NCBI GenBank assembly: GCA_964199315.1
Contig: OZ116701.1
Span: 8,742,001 to 8,806,000 of the forward strand
Direction of reading: 5' to 3'
Length of the DNA: 64,000 nt
Origin: Orbicella franksi
Taxonomy: Eukaryota
Position 1 is the first letter of the stretch, and each line of letters opens with the position of its first letter. This document shows positions 48,201 through 61,767 of the stretch, piece by piece. A program made the position numbers and the translations under genes. Below the pieces are notes generated by a model that saw only the letters and a list, made by a program, of their open reading frames with translations, was not told the origin of the DNA and did not search any database.

Positions 48201-51200
48201 ACAAGGATAGTAGACTCTACTGGAGGGGCGAGTGTAGGAGGAGGATCTTTAAACTTAACACATTTCTCTTTCGATGCTCTCGCTGACGGTAAAGACCGCT
48301 TGCCTCTAAAATGGACTGTTCGGTTCTCTTCTCGTCCTAAGAGGCCAAAGTAATATTTTCCTGATGCGTTGCAACTTATCAAGATATCGTACGAACATTT
48401 CTCTGACGATTTACAATCTGAAGCCAAGGTCTGAAATCCATTTTCTTCGGTTATATGAATAACCTCGTCATATGAAGTTTGAGTTGGGTGTTTACCAAAT
48501 TTTATAAAGGCAGTGATAGTGGCTGGTTTTTTCATAGTCATGGACAATTTTAAGGTGTTATTGGCCTCATGAACGGTAATGACGTGATATTGTATAGTTC
48601 CAGGATTGAGGAAGTCATCTGTTTGACTTTGGCTTGCAGTGCTGCCCTGGTCGTGTTCTGATGTTGGAATATTGATTTGTATTTCTGACGGTAGATCTGT
48701 CACATCCAAAGCTTCGCCACTTTCATCTTTAAGAACAAGGCTGACAACGTTTGATTTGACCCTACTGCTACTATGGTGTGTTGAGTAAGGGTTAAAATTA
48801 TAGTTGATCATCTAAAACGAAACAAAAATAAGGATATATTGAATAAATGAACGTCATTCAACCGACTAATTAGACTAAATGCTAACTGGTCCAATGCAAT
48901 GCAACGATAAAGCGACCTAATGTTAATGAGACCAAACGTCCTCTGGACCAATTGTTTTGTTGGCCAAACGATAACTGGAGCAAATGGTTTCTTGTAGCAA
49001 CAAAAAGTCTGCCCGAAACGTTAACATGTTAACAACTGGTCCGACCGTTTTTAAAGATTAACTACCATTTTGCATTTTGATGGTCCAAATAGTCATGAGC
49101 TGAACCTTTAAAATATTAAACAGCTTTAATGGTGGTAATTCAAAGATCGATGTTCGAAGGAGAATAAACATGATCTCTAACTAGCCATGATTGAAAACTA
49201 AACTACACAAACTGAATTAAGCATTATTGGAAATTCTTCTTTAATTACTACCTTTTCACAGTCCAGAGTTTGACCTACATACCTCTACTCCTACGTCAGA
49301 TGCATTCCCGGATATCTTTTTTAGGTCTTTGTCGTGCAGAGAAGGAAGTTTAAAGCTTGCTTTTCCTTCCTGGATTGTTAGCTGGTTGAGATCGTGCGAT
49401 TTTTGTTTGCCCAGAATAGTGGATTGATGCTGATTTTTCATCACGGTATACTCTTCTCCGGGTAGCTTTAGCGAGAGCAGTATGTTGGTAATCTTCTCTG
49501 TCAGATTCTGGCAAAGACCAAGAATTCTCTTTCCTATGGTTACCTGGAAATAATTGCAGTTTGGGGAGCTTAAAAATGTTATACAGATTAATAAATGTGC
49601 AATACTCTAATTTACATTTTGACACAATCAAAACACCTGCTATAGCTAACGCACATATCTTCACGTGTATCAGGTTGTTGATTTAATTTGTTAGTAAATT
49701 ACTGAAGGAGGTCACGTTTCATTACGAGGCATGCGCAAGATGGGCTTCTCGTGCAGAAGCTTGATCATGTCCAAATTCAATTTGAAATTCATGATCACGT
49801 ACCTCATTTTCCTTGTCGTAGCTGGTAGAATTGATAGCCTTAAGGATTCTACGAGAGGTATATTCCATGATATTTGTATTACAATGCATTAACGATCTGC
49901 CTCCATTGTTAGTAAGGCGGATCTCCCCTGAACGGCGGTCAGTCAGTAGAGAAAGCAAAGAGGACATTTGCAGAAGTTTTTCTAACAAAGCAAACTGAAA
50001 AGAGAACAAATTAAAACTGGTTAAGTATATTCACTGGCAATGCTAAAAGTTTGACCAAGATTGAAAACCAGAGCATCATGTGTGGGGTTGTCATACTTGT
50101 TCTGTACGTTTACGTCATGTGTTGTTCATTAAATTCTGGCTCTCTCGATTAATTAAGTAACTGGGTCTTTTCCGTTTCCAATAAACTGGATTTTTCTTGT
50201 GTTCCTAGTTACCGTATAATCATAACTATCCTAACTGTGATCTACAAAATATATTCTGCATACCGTTGTATTGTGGAAGACATTGCCTGCATCCTCCGTG
50301 GCTTTGCCTAGAATAACAGCAATCTGCACTAACCGTTCGAGGCTATCGACTCTTACTTCGCAAATCCTGGATATTACGTATTCCTTAATCTGTAAACAAA
50401 CAACCAGTCTGTTGAGCCTCAATAGTTTCTTAAACACAAGAAAACGTTCCTCGGAATGAGCAATGATAAGAAATTAGAGTCAGTTGAATGAGGCTTTTTA
50501 TCTTGAAGTGATTAGAATGGTGTTAAAAAGTTAACTCAGCTTTTATTGTTGTGTATAAAATGCAATCCAATGCATCCTGACAGATATAACGTTGTTGTCT
50601 CTGTATCTCAGTGTATTTAATGTAGAGGTACCCTGGTATTCATTTTCGCAAGCAATAGCTCATTCAAGGTCTTGGAAGACCTGGCTAATTATTCCTTTGA
50701 AGACTTTCAATTATCCTACTAATTCAACTTTCCTCGTGTGACTAGACTGTGATTAAACGGCCTCTCCATTCCAGCTAAACGCACTATCAAACATTTTAAA
50801 GACTTTAATGTATGATCAGGCCTTTCTTTGCTTTTTATTTACCAATTTCTTGAAAAACCACCCTATTGAAAACTAAGTTCATATTTAATTGCTCTATAAA
50901 CTTACGTGAAGCAGGAACGTTTCGTTGATCCGATAGTCAGCCGCCTTGAGAAGTGCAAGGAGAGAATCTGTTTCTTGTATCGCCAAATTTATCTCACCCA
51001 GAGAATAATAATTTTCCATCGCATCAAGAATTTTGGTAATTTGGTTGTAAAGTAGTTCTTCGCTTTGTGTTAAATCTGATTGATTAACCTGTAAAGTAAA
51101 GAACGGGCAGTCGATAAATCTAAAGTGAACACGATGCAAAGGCGTCAGTATTTTTACTTTTAGACGTTCTGTACGCCTGTCTTTAGATTTTTGCCACTCG

Positions 51201-53792
51201 TATTATATCAAAGTAGAACGCATTTTCTGGGGGTAAAGATTCACCATACAACATTTCTGTCAGACTGGCTTTAAAATTCACAGGTAACCACGTATGCTCC
51301 TGCTTCATGGGAAAAATCGTCACTGGGAGTAAAGTGTTCTGCCAATAACCTCTTAGGCCGAAGGTCTCCACTTTCTATGCTAGAAAATTCTGGAAGCCGG
51401 AAAAAAGTCGGCGTTTTTCTCTGTTTGTTACGGCGATACAGTCTTCTTTTTCCCTAGGAAATACAGGGCTTTGGCCTGAAATATTAATTGCAGTATTTAC
51501 TGATAACTTGGCCTACAGGTTATAGCTGCATCAGTGACAATAGGTTTCTGTGTTTTTGCAAGTGTAGTTTACAAGTCATCCCAACATTTTTTTTTAATCC
51601 AAACCATGCATACCTTGATCGACATCTTTATTTCTCTTGCTACTCCCGCGACATTGACAATGTCAACTTTAAGACGAACAACATTTTCTCCGAACAAGGG
51701 AGAAATATGAACTACGGTGAAGGACTGTACTCCATACGACAACATATCGTATTCCCCATGGTCTGATGCATGGTAGAATTCATATGTAAGAGGAACTCTG
51801 CTATCATCCCATCTATGACAGGATACGTTGAGCCAAATGCCAACAGCAGTATTCATATTAAGTTGTGTGACATGACATGTTCCACCCGATGGGGCACCTA
51901 ATGTCTCAAACTGGTAGGCTGCCCATCCGTATGAACCATTTAGTAACAGGGCATCTACTGTGATTCGGTATGACCAACCAGGTAAGAGCATTTGCTGCTT
52001 GACAACCAGGTTTTGGGAATCCTCTTGCGTAGCCAAGAAATTTGAAAAATTTGCATGGGGAATCCATTTGGAATATAGAGGACTAGTATTTTTTCTTAAC
52101 ATTTTCCATCGATATTTAAGGGATTTGGGACAACTAGCAGTGATGCAGTCAGTTCTGACGGAGATACCAGATGATGTTCTGGCTGGTGATAAACAGTTTA
52201 GGACGCACCTGAAAGAAATATATCAAAGACAATTGAAGACAAAATTCCTTCCTCGCATTGTGCACTACACCGGTATAGACCATTTTACAGTTTCCTGTTC
52301 AGTGACCTGGCCTTTGAATGGCAGAGAGGCTGGAGGTGACCTTGTTTTGATACAGACATCACTGCTTTTGTTGTGTAAAACAAGTTGTTCTAATGCAAAC
52401 TAGGTGCATTTACATGACAAAAGCAGTGAGGTCTGTATCAAAGCAAGGTCACCTGCAGCCTCGCTGCCATTTAAAGACCAGGTGACCGAGCAAAGAACTG
52501 TAAAATGGTCTATTACTCGGTGAAATCTCCCACACCACACTGGGACAGGGTCAAAATTTGTTTCATTAGAGGCCATGTTGTTGCCAGCCTAATTCTTAAT
52601 ACCTTTGCGTTAGGAGATCAGCTTACAATGTATGTCATGAATGTGCTTTGAAGTTTTTATTCAGTTTGATGGAGGTTCTTTTTAGTGGACCCACGTAGCC
52701 ACTTTGTCATTTGGATTACCTTTCTGAACCGTTTGCATGCACAAGGAATGCACAAAACAAAGACACGTCCATTTTGTGGTTTTGGGAATTTACTAGCACA
52801 AGAGGCTCACTCCAAGGGTCCCCGGCCATGTTAAACTTACATTATGCGAATGTCTACGAGCTCTCCATCATGGATGTGGACAATCTGCATCGCACTCTCT
52901 TTTTGGTGGGCTTTGCCAACTGTCAGCAATACATGGTATGTCTCGTTGCTGATCAGTTTCTCTGGGTCCAAAATCGCTTTTCCATTTTCTAATAATGGTA
53001 GAAATATATCGCCTGGTGTTTGGAAAAGAGTTCCATCAGCGACTGATTCAAGAAGAGTATTTATTACGTTTCCCGAGCTTTTGAAAAGCATGTTGGTAGC
53101 TGCTTTGTTAAAACCAGAGACGTTCTTGCTCGCAGCTCTGAAACAAGACCAGTTAAAGGTCATTCCAAAGGAAGTTCCGTCTTCATTCTCAGGGTCGTAA
53201 GAAAAGCTAGCATCCAGCAAGATTGGCTTGCTGATAGATCGAAAAACTTCAGATCCTCCCGCAATGGAAGCTACGAGAGCTGATGTTTCTACCAGTAGGA
53301 AAGCGAAATCTCGAGCAGCCAGTTCAATTTCGGGCACTTGCAATTCAAATACTACAAGTTTTAGTCCTGTTGACAGTAACTCTGGCACTATATTGAGCTC
53401 ACGAGAGTGGTGCACTAAGAGCTCTGGAGTATCCGAAATGTTGAAAGGTGACAGTGTAAGCTTTTCAACTCTCCAATAAAACGAAGCTTGTCCTGAATGA
53501 ATGTTTCCCAAGTTAAAAGACGCCACGAGCTTCCTTCTGTGATCGCGTCTCAACTTGATTGGACTGTCTGGTTGTGTGTCTGTATAACGGATTGACACTT
53601 CATTTAAATGAGCGAGAGTATTACCTGAAAAGCAACGTGAAACACATCAAAGTTAAAACATTAAGTCGAATTTCGGACAAAACCAACGCTACTACCATCA
53701 TCACCATCACCACCACCACCACCACCACCACCACCACCACCACCACCACCACCACCACCACCAACATCACCATCACCTTCATCACCGCTACT

Positions 53793-53829
<37 letters not shown>

Positions 53830-56800
53830 AGAACAAAAACAACAACGTACAACGACAACAACATTTGTTTCTCTTTCTCGAACGTGCATCAATGCGGTGG
53901 TACTCGAATTGAAATGGATATCCATTTTTCGTTATAACTTAATAGGTCTGTCATAATCTTGGTCACAAAGTTCTAACCTGTTGTGGTAGAAGCTGGTCTG
54001 CGTGGAAATATAAACCATCTAGACTGGATTAACCAAGTGCAGTAAATTCATAACAATTGATTTACGTCCTTCCATTTCAACTGGTATCATGGCAAATTCA
54101 AGGTTTACCCACCGGGATTTTGGCACGCATCAACCTTCGGACGTTCAGGATAGAAGTATTTGCACCAGCATTCACAGGAATTGGGTGACGTTTGGATGCA
54201 GCGTGAATATTTAGGACAAGCTGATGATGTAGAAGAGTATTATGCTAAATTAGTTGGCACTTAACATTGCCCGGAAGATCAGTAATGAGAATAGGGAGAA
54301 TCTTCAATGGGAGATAGTTGTCGCAATGTACTTCAAGCTGGAAAGAAAAACGTAAACTCCAGAGTAATCTGGAGTCCTGGAAATCAACCCAATTATTTCT
54401 TTCCCGATCCCAGCGTCAGAAAACTGCGGACCTTGCGAGGTAAAAAAATTTATTTGAACCGCGGTGGGATTCGAAATCATGACGACTGAACTACGAGGCT
54501 GGACGGGAGCTGCTCGTTGCAAGATGTATCATATTGTCTATGTGAATGCTGCGAAACAAATTGAGATGACACTAATTCTGCCAATAATATGGACGTTTTA
54601 GACAAAATGCGGTCGATGCTAATTCATTTGTGAATTTCACAGTGATGGACTACTGCTAATTAAAACAAGAAGCTGAATGTGGAATACTCTAGGCTCATGT
54701 AGGATTTAGCGTCTTATAAAATACCTTCACAGAACAATCCATCTCCAGTATAGCCGCTCTGGCAGTGACATGTGAATGACCCGATGTTGTTAGAGCAGTC
54801 AGCATGTTGATGGCAATTGTGTTGTCCACTTGTCGAGATCTACAGAAGTGGACCAAATGTCTTTCGTTATGCCTACCCTACCACTGATCGACAGAGAAAC
54901 GTTTGAATAATTATCTGCGAGCTCTCTGCTCTAACTTCTTTCGGAGAGCTAAACTTAAGCTGTGAATCAGTTATTATTTGATGTATTTTACCCAGTTCTA
55001 TTAAACATTTTTTTCGCACATGATTGCCTAGGGAATTGCAGGTGACGTTAGCACTACTTTTTTTTATTTTGTTTAGAGCGGTTTCCAATTGAGTGTCGAA
55101 AGTAATCTGGCAATTACTTTGTTTTTGGTTCTGGTTCTACTACGGTTTGAGATTGGCTTTGTACTCTTATTAGTATGTAACTGGTTTGGTTTTGGGCTTC
55201 CATTCCAGTGAACACCGCTCTAATAAAACAACGCAATAAATGTATGTACCTGCACATTGTCGGATGCCATCTCCCTGGTATCCAAGAACACAGGAGCACG
55301 TGTGGGACCCTTCAGTATTGGAACATTTGGCAAGAAAATGGCAGGAATGCTGATCATTTGCGCACTCATTAATATCTAAAAAAAGACGAAATAGCTATAA
55401 AAGAAAATGTTACTATTTCGTAACTTTTAATTTGTGATACACAACCAACGAATTTGAAGTTGCTACGACTACGTGCCATAGCATGGATCTTTGACAACTT
55501 TTAAATTCTCGCTTTTAAATGCCGCTCTCAGGGGATAGAACCAATGCATGTGACGCAGGGTCAAATATACAGTACCGTCACTTACACACTTTCTGACAGA
55601 ATCTTTTTATAAAGTAAAAATTGCTTTACTTCGGTGGGATTCGAGACCACCACGACTGAGCTATGAGGCCAGACAGGAGAAGCTCGTTACAAGTGTGAAC
55701 CATATTGTCTACGTGAACACTGCGAGACAAATTAGGATGGCACTAAATCTGCTTACAATATGAGAGGTCTTAGACAAAGTTTGGTCCATGCTAATTCATT
55801 TGCGAATTACACAGTGATGGACTTCTGCTAATTGAAATAAAAAGCGGCATGTGGAACACTCTGGGTAAATGTGGGATTTAGCTTGTTATAGAATACCTTC
55901 ACAGAGCAATCCATCTCCAGTATAGCCGCTCTCGCAATGGCATGTGAATGAACCGATGTTGTTAGAACAGACGGCATGTTGATGGCAATTGTTTTGTCCA
56001 CTTGCGCACTCGTCGAGATCTACAGAAGTGGACCAAACGCCTTGCGTTATGCCACTGATCGACAGAGAAACGTTTGAATAATTATCTGCGAGTTCTTTTT
56101 CATCAATATCTAAAAACGACGATAGCAACTGTTAAAGAAAAGATTTACTTTTTCGTAATTTTTACGACACAAAGAGCGAAGCTGAACTCCCCATGACTAC
56201 GAAAGCATGGATCTTTGACAGTTTTTAAATTTTCAAATGCCGCTCTCAGGGCCGGGATAGAACCAAAGCATGCGAAACGGGGTCAAATATTTAGTGCCCT
56301 AACCTTCACACTTTCTCATAGAATCGTTTTAAAGTTGTTCGTCGACAAAATCGTGTTATATTTCACCAATCCTAAAACCATCTGTGGTACTTATACCTAA
56401 GTTTCTCTTTCGAAATAGAAACCACACATCCTCAAACATACCTACGCAGTTTTTACCATCTCCAGTGAAGCCTGGTATGCAGTCACAAGTATACGATCCT
56501 ACGGTGTTTAAGCAGACTTCCAAATCTTGATCACAATCATGGTCTTGTGTTTGACATTCGTCGACATCTGCAATCAACCGATAAGGTCAAAATTAACCAG
56601 AAGATGATGATGATTCTCAAGCATACACACTAATTTGGGGTCTATTAATATTGATAACCTACAGTTTCTGTTTTTATCATAGACATGGATTGGAACCTTT
56701 GAAAAATTGAAACGGGAGACACCAATCGGACACTTCATTTGCACACCGCCTTTAAAAGAACACTAATCATGGTTCCAGTCACAAGCAAAAATAACTGATA

Positions 56801-59800
56801 ACTTTTTACCTCCCATAAGCGTACACTCTCCTAAGCAGTCACTTTAGCTAGTTTCCAACGGTGTTCGCTTGCGTGGCTTTGACCGTATTAAAGTGAAATA
56901 TGTTCCTTTAATTATACCACATCCAATTTTGATTTAATGAGTATTGACTTATCTACTTCAATATCAGTCAAAGGGTAGGAACCTATGTACATTGCCAACA
57001 TTTATGTAAACGTTACGATTGACGAAAGTTTAAACAGGTTGATCTTGAGATTGCTTGGCTATTCAGAATTCTTCACAGTTGCCAAGGCTTGATTGTCTCA
57101 ACAAGGGCGTAACTATGTCTTTATGTCTAGTGAATGAGAGTGATCTAACGTTATGGGAAGTAATGTGATGAACATACCTGTACAATCCGTGCCATCTCCT
57201 ACATATCCAAGAAGACAATGGCACGTATACGACCCTTCGGTGTTGAAGCAGTCGGCGAGTGAAGGATGGCAATGATCCTGGTTATCGGCACGCTCATCAA
57301 CATCTACAGCAGTAACAACAATAAAAAGAAGTTTAGAAACTTGGAGATTTAGTCGCCTTGACAACGTGCCATGGATGCACCGGACACAATATTATATCAA
57401 ATTTTCTTTCTAGCATTTGTTTTCAGACTAGAACAAGCAGGTTATCGTGGGAATTCACTGAATACTAACGAATTCACTGAGACGTCCTTGGTCTGATTTT
57501 GATTCTAGCATCAATGTATTGTTTTTACATTGCACTATCTAAATTGAAATTTCACGAGTCAGCAACTTTGGTGTAAAGAACTGGAAAGCGCTCGTAAAGA
57601 TTCCCCAGCTGAGTTTCTGTACGATTTTTACGACAACTATATTGCTAACTTCTATTCTTAACTTAACGGACGTGGTGTGATATGGTTTCTTGAAGTAGGC
57701 AACCTTGAAATATTAATGACTTGGAGGCAAAATTAAACATGATTCGTGTAATTGTAACTCACCGATACACGATCTGCCATCGCCAGTGTATCCTTCGTTG
57801 CATGCACAAGTGAAAGAGTCCTCTGTATTGGTGCAAGTCCCTGATGGATGACAGTCATGAGTGTTCGCCTTGCATTCATCGATATCTGTAAACATAGGGT
57901 AGCTCACAGGAAGATTTAATTAAAATTAGGCGACGCTCATACGTTTGAGGAAAATCCAATTATGGAGGTCTAGCCCGGAACAGTCTGACATGCTATTTGA
58001 CGTTTACTTTCATGATTTCTATTTACGCCATTACCTTCAGTTTATAGTCTACTTACTTGTTTTGATTAACTGTACTGTACACTGAGCTCAGTCAATTTAA
58101 GATAATATAATTATTTTTCATGTTTATTCAGACGAATTATCCGTTTATTGTTTGATACCTCTAAACGGGGCAAACTATCAGACACAATAATATCTCATTC
58201 CGCCCCTGAGATATGCAAAATAGCGTGCTCTGCTCGTCTTTATACTGACACGTATTACCATTTAGAGGCATGATTGATGCAATGATCGTCTTAAACACAG
58301 ACGGATTATCTTTTTCAGCCAAGTTCGTCTCTTAGTTCAGATAGTTTGTCTTGACGTATGATCCATCTTGTGCCCGTTTTTATGTCGAGACGCACTTCTA
58401 GATGTAATAACAAACGTGCCCAAGTTGGTCCACTTTAGCATTAAAGCAGCGAATGTTTTGTGAAAGCACCCTTTCATAATGCAAAATAAATATCTTTTAG
58501 TATTCGCTAGTGAGTTTACGATTAGAAATGATAAAAGCAATTTCCAGAAATATTTAGTATAGAAGGAACTCACCTGCTGTTCCATACTTTATTTAAGTGT
58601 CTAAAAACTTGCAGTCAGCTCGGAGGCCGACTAATCAAGGACACTTCCAATAAGATTACTATCAAATTAAGTTAAGTTAAGTTAAAAGTTACCTATCACT
58701 TCTTATGGCATATATACAGATCTAAAATTCCATTAATATTTTAAAATACTTTATATACGCTATAAAAGCGTGCACGGTGCCAAACAAATGTGATTTTAGG
58801 CTGTCATTTTCTGAAATGTTGCATAGATTTCGGCCATTTTTGTTTCAAATAGGGCATGAGCCTGGAATTGGAATTGATGTATAGTTAAAACTGGGGAATA
58901 TGAGGGCTCTTGTCAAATGCTGACGTAATGAAAATTACTTTCGCTTAACTTAACTGCAAATTACAACTAGGACGCGTACACTGACCACATAGGCATTACG
59001 TTTACAATGTCGTTAAATCTGGCCTGCTAATAGCTTATCCACGTAACTGCCCAATGGGTTCGACAGACAGAATGTATTAAGGACGATTCTTTCTGCTTTT
59101 TGATCTACTCGCTCTCTTCGAATAATTTCCTCTCTGATTTTGACAGCGCACATGCTCTTCCAAATATGGAAGGGCCATATACATGTATGGTAGATATCAC
59201 ACAACACTGGCTCGTTACCAACGTTTTAATTAGGTCTGAAATAGGGCAATGGATTCATAACATCACAACTTGATCGAATAGCAGTGCTATGTACAACAAA
59301 ATTGACGCAAATATTTTACCCTAAAAACATACAGTTTTTTACATACCAAATGTCAGATTTCCTTTTTAACTACAGTAAAGAACATCAAACTTACCACTTC
59401 AATGCCATTTCCATCTTTATAATTTGTCCATTTTTTCTCATCAGATGAATAAAACAGCTTGAAGTCTGTAACCCATTCATCATAATTGTCGTGATTTCTA
59501 TCTCCCTGAGTAGCAACTGCACACAATTGAAATACTTTTCCAAGGTCAACTTGAAGCCAGTCAGTACCGTTTTTCTCTTTTGCACACCAACCATCACCTC
59601 TGTTACCATGGAGTCGACCGTAAGCCGGTTGGTAATTATCGTCATCACGGTAAAAAGACGAAGCTGTCATTTGATCGTCAGGGATTACATTTTGACTGGA
59701 AACGCCAACAGCGTTGTGGAAACATTTGTCGAGGTCTAGATGGAGGAGAATTTATTGCTAAGAAGGACAGGAAGTGCCTTATCTTTTGTTCGCTTATGAT

Positions 59801-60325
59801 TAAAATGTCTGCGTCGGATCAGCAAAAGATGGCTTCACTAAAAGTGTTGTCCCTCTTTACCATCCTAGCTCTAACTCGAAGGTTCCAACCTGTTTTCGAA
59901 CATTTACGAATTTTAACGCTTCCCAGTCTTTGTTTCGCTCTTCACCCCAAATCTCGCGCCTGAGTACGAACATGGCGGGCACAACATATTAGAAACGAGA
60001 CCATTTCTTCATTACCAGGCGTGAATAGGATCAGTGAAGAGATTCGAAGGCGAAGATGGAAGCGGACTGGACGTGTACTTAGAATGGAGAGGAACAATGA
60101 CTGCATGCATGGTGGCGATGGAGTTGCAGGTTGAAAAAAAAAAAATGAAATAAAATAAAATAAAATAAAGAGGGGGGGCCAAAGACCACATGGAGAAGGA
60201 TAGTGGAAAAGGAGCGCAGACAGAAGGTTGGGCCAGCTAGGCAGAAGCTAGAGCGAGGCACAAGCCAGGGTTGGTTGAAGAACGAAACTTGCATCCTAAA
60301 GCGCCTATTGGCGTGGAGAAAACTA

Positions 60326-60360
<35 letters not shown>

Positions 60361-60371
60361 TAATAATAATG

Positions 60372-60411
<40 letters not shown>

Positions 60412-61767
60412 CAGTTTAATGATGACTTTTCTACTGAGTAGCTCTACATTCATCATATGCTAAGAAGGTTGCTAATCAACTAACTTCACTCGTCCTTTAT
60501 TTAAAAGTATAAAAGTAAAACGAAATAATACCTTCAGGAATGAGCCAATGTTAGTACATACTTACCAGTGCATACACGCAAAGAACACCGAGTTATGTTA
60601 GGTGGTCTGTAAACATAAAACGCGCCGCAGTTGCGAAGGAATATTCCATACTGAAATATACATTCATCTCCGTTAAGATGGTAACAGAGTTGACGCTCAA
60701 CAATCCCATCATTCACAGCAGGATGGCCACCACGGATCCATCCCGGTGCATTGGCTCCGCAATGGTGTATGGGTGGTGGGTATTCAGGAATAACGGTTCC
60801 GCCACTTCCTTTAAAGCGAATCCAATATTCACCGAAAAGGTCGCTCATAGAGTCATCACAGCCGCTGCCTGCACCATTTGAAACAGATCGGGTGGGATCG
60901 TTTACGACTTTGTAGCTGGTGCATTCTGTAATTAAGAAAAAAAGGTTCTGTCTTGAGATTTATCGTTCCAAAATTCACAATTAACCGATCAGAAGCCGTA
61001 CCCACCGTCCTGATATCATACCATATCAAGTCACTGACCTCATATGGCTACGATATCGTAGTCATCAAGGTACGTTAAAAACCTAATCGTAACTTTTTGG
61101 CTATTAGTGTTTATCTCGCGATAGGTATTTTGTATCGACTACGTTTCGCCGATATACGAACCATAGCTCGAGAAAACTCGCCCAAGGTACGTACCAGAAA
61201 GTTACGATTTGGTATAAATGCAGTTAACCGGCATATGACTAGCGTGGAAACCCCTAAATGTGCAAGTTTATGTGTCGCTCCGTTAATTTTTTAAATATTT
61301 TTTACCTTTGGCATATTTTTTTACAGAGAAATTATGACCCTAAAATTCTTCAAATCATTTTTAAAATGCTTTTACTCCTATTTAAAACTCGACTAGAAGA
61401 CGTTACATGTATCATCAGAGAAGCTTAGCAAAAGCTGAGCGAGCTAACTGGCTGAAGTAATTGGGTTCTTCGGGTTGCAAGTTCGTTACTGGTGAGGTTG
61501 ATAACAAGTTGTTCCACTGACGCAGTAGAAAGCCATTGGCTAGGACACAAAGTACAATTTGAGCACTTCATTTTCCCCTCAGGTTAAAACAAAAAAGTAG
61601 TGAAATTCGTCTCTAAAATCTCCGGGTTATTCCATAGTCAAACTCACTTGCAAGCCAACAGTTATGAACTATTTCTTACCGTCCGTACTTGAAGCGTGTC
61701 CAATATGGAACAAAGACGTCAAAGACGTCAGCAAAGACAGGAAAACCAGCGGGCAAACCATTGACAT
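42274..61767 (-). pseudogene. Polycystin-1-like gene, copy B, disrupted
   Basis: Same exon series as copy A, e.g. 61680-61767, 60566-60925, 59395-59735, 52841-53624, 51614-52208, 49283-49543, 45530-46819, 42274-44048. Lesions: loss of most of the second F5/8C exon (junction 58587/58588); EGF Cys>Arg at 57290-57292; 8-bp deletion at 54832/54833; TGA at 46547-46549; TAC>TAA at 43849-43851. Confidence 0.85.
42379..42527. other. Assembly gap (149 N) inside the Asp-coding repeat of copy B
   Basis: A run of N flanked by TCG/TCA triplet repeats. Confidence 1.
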
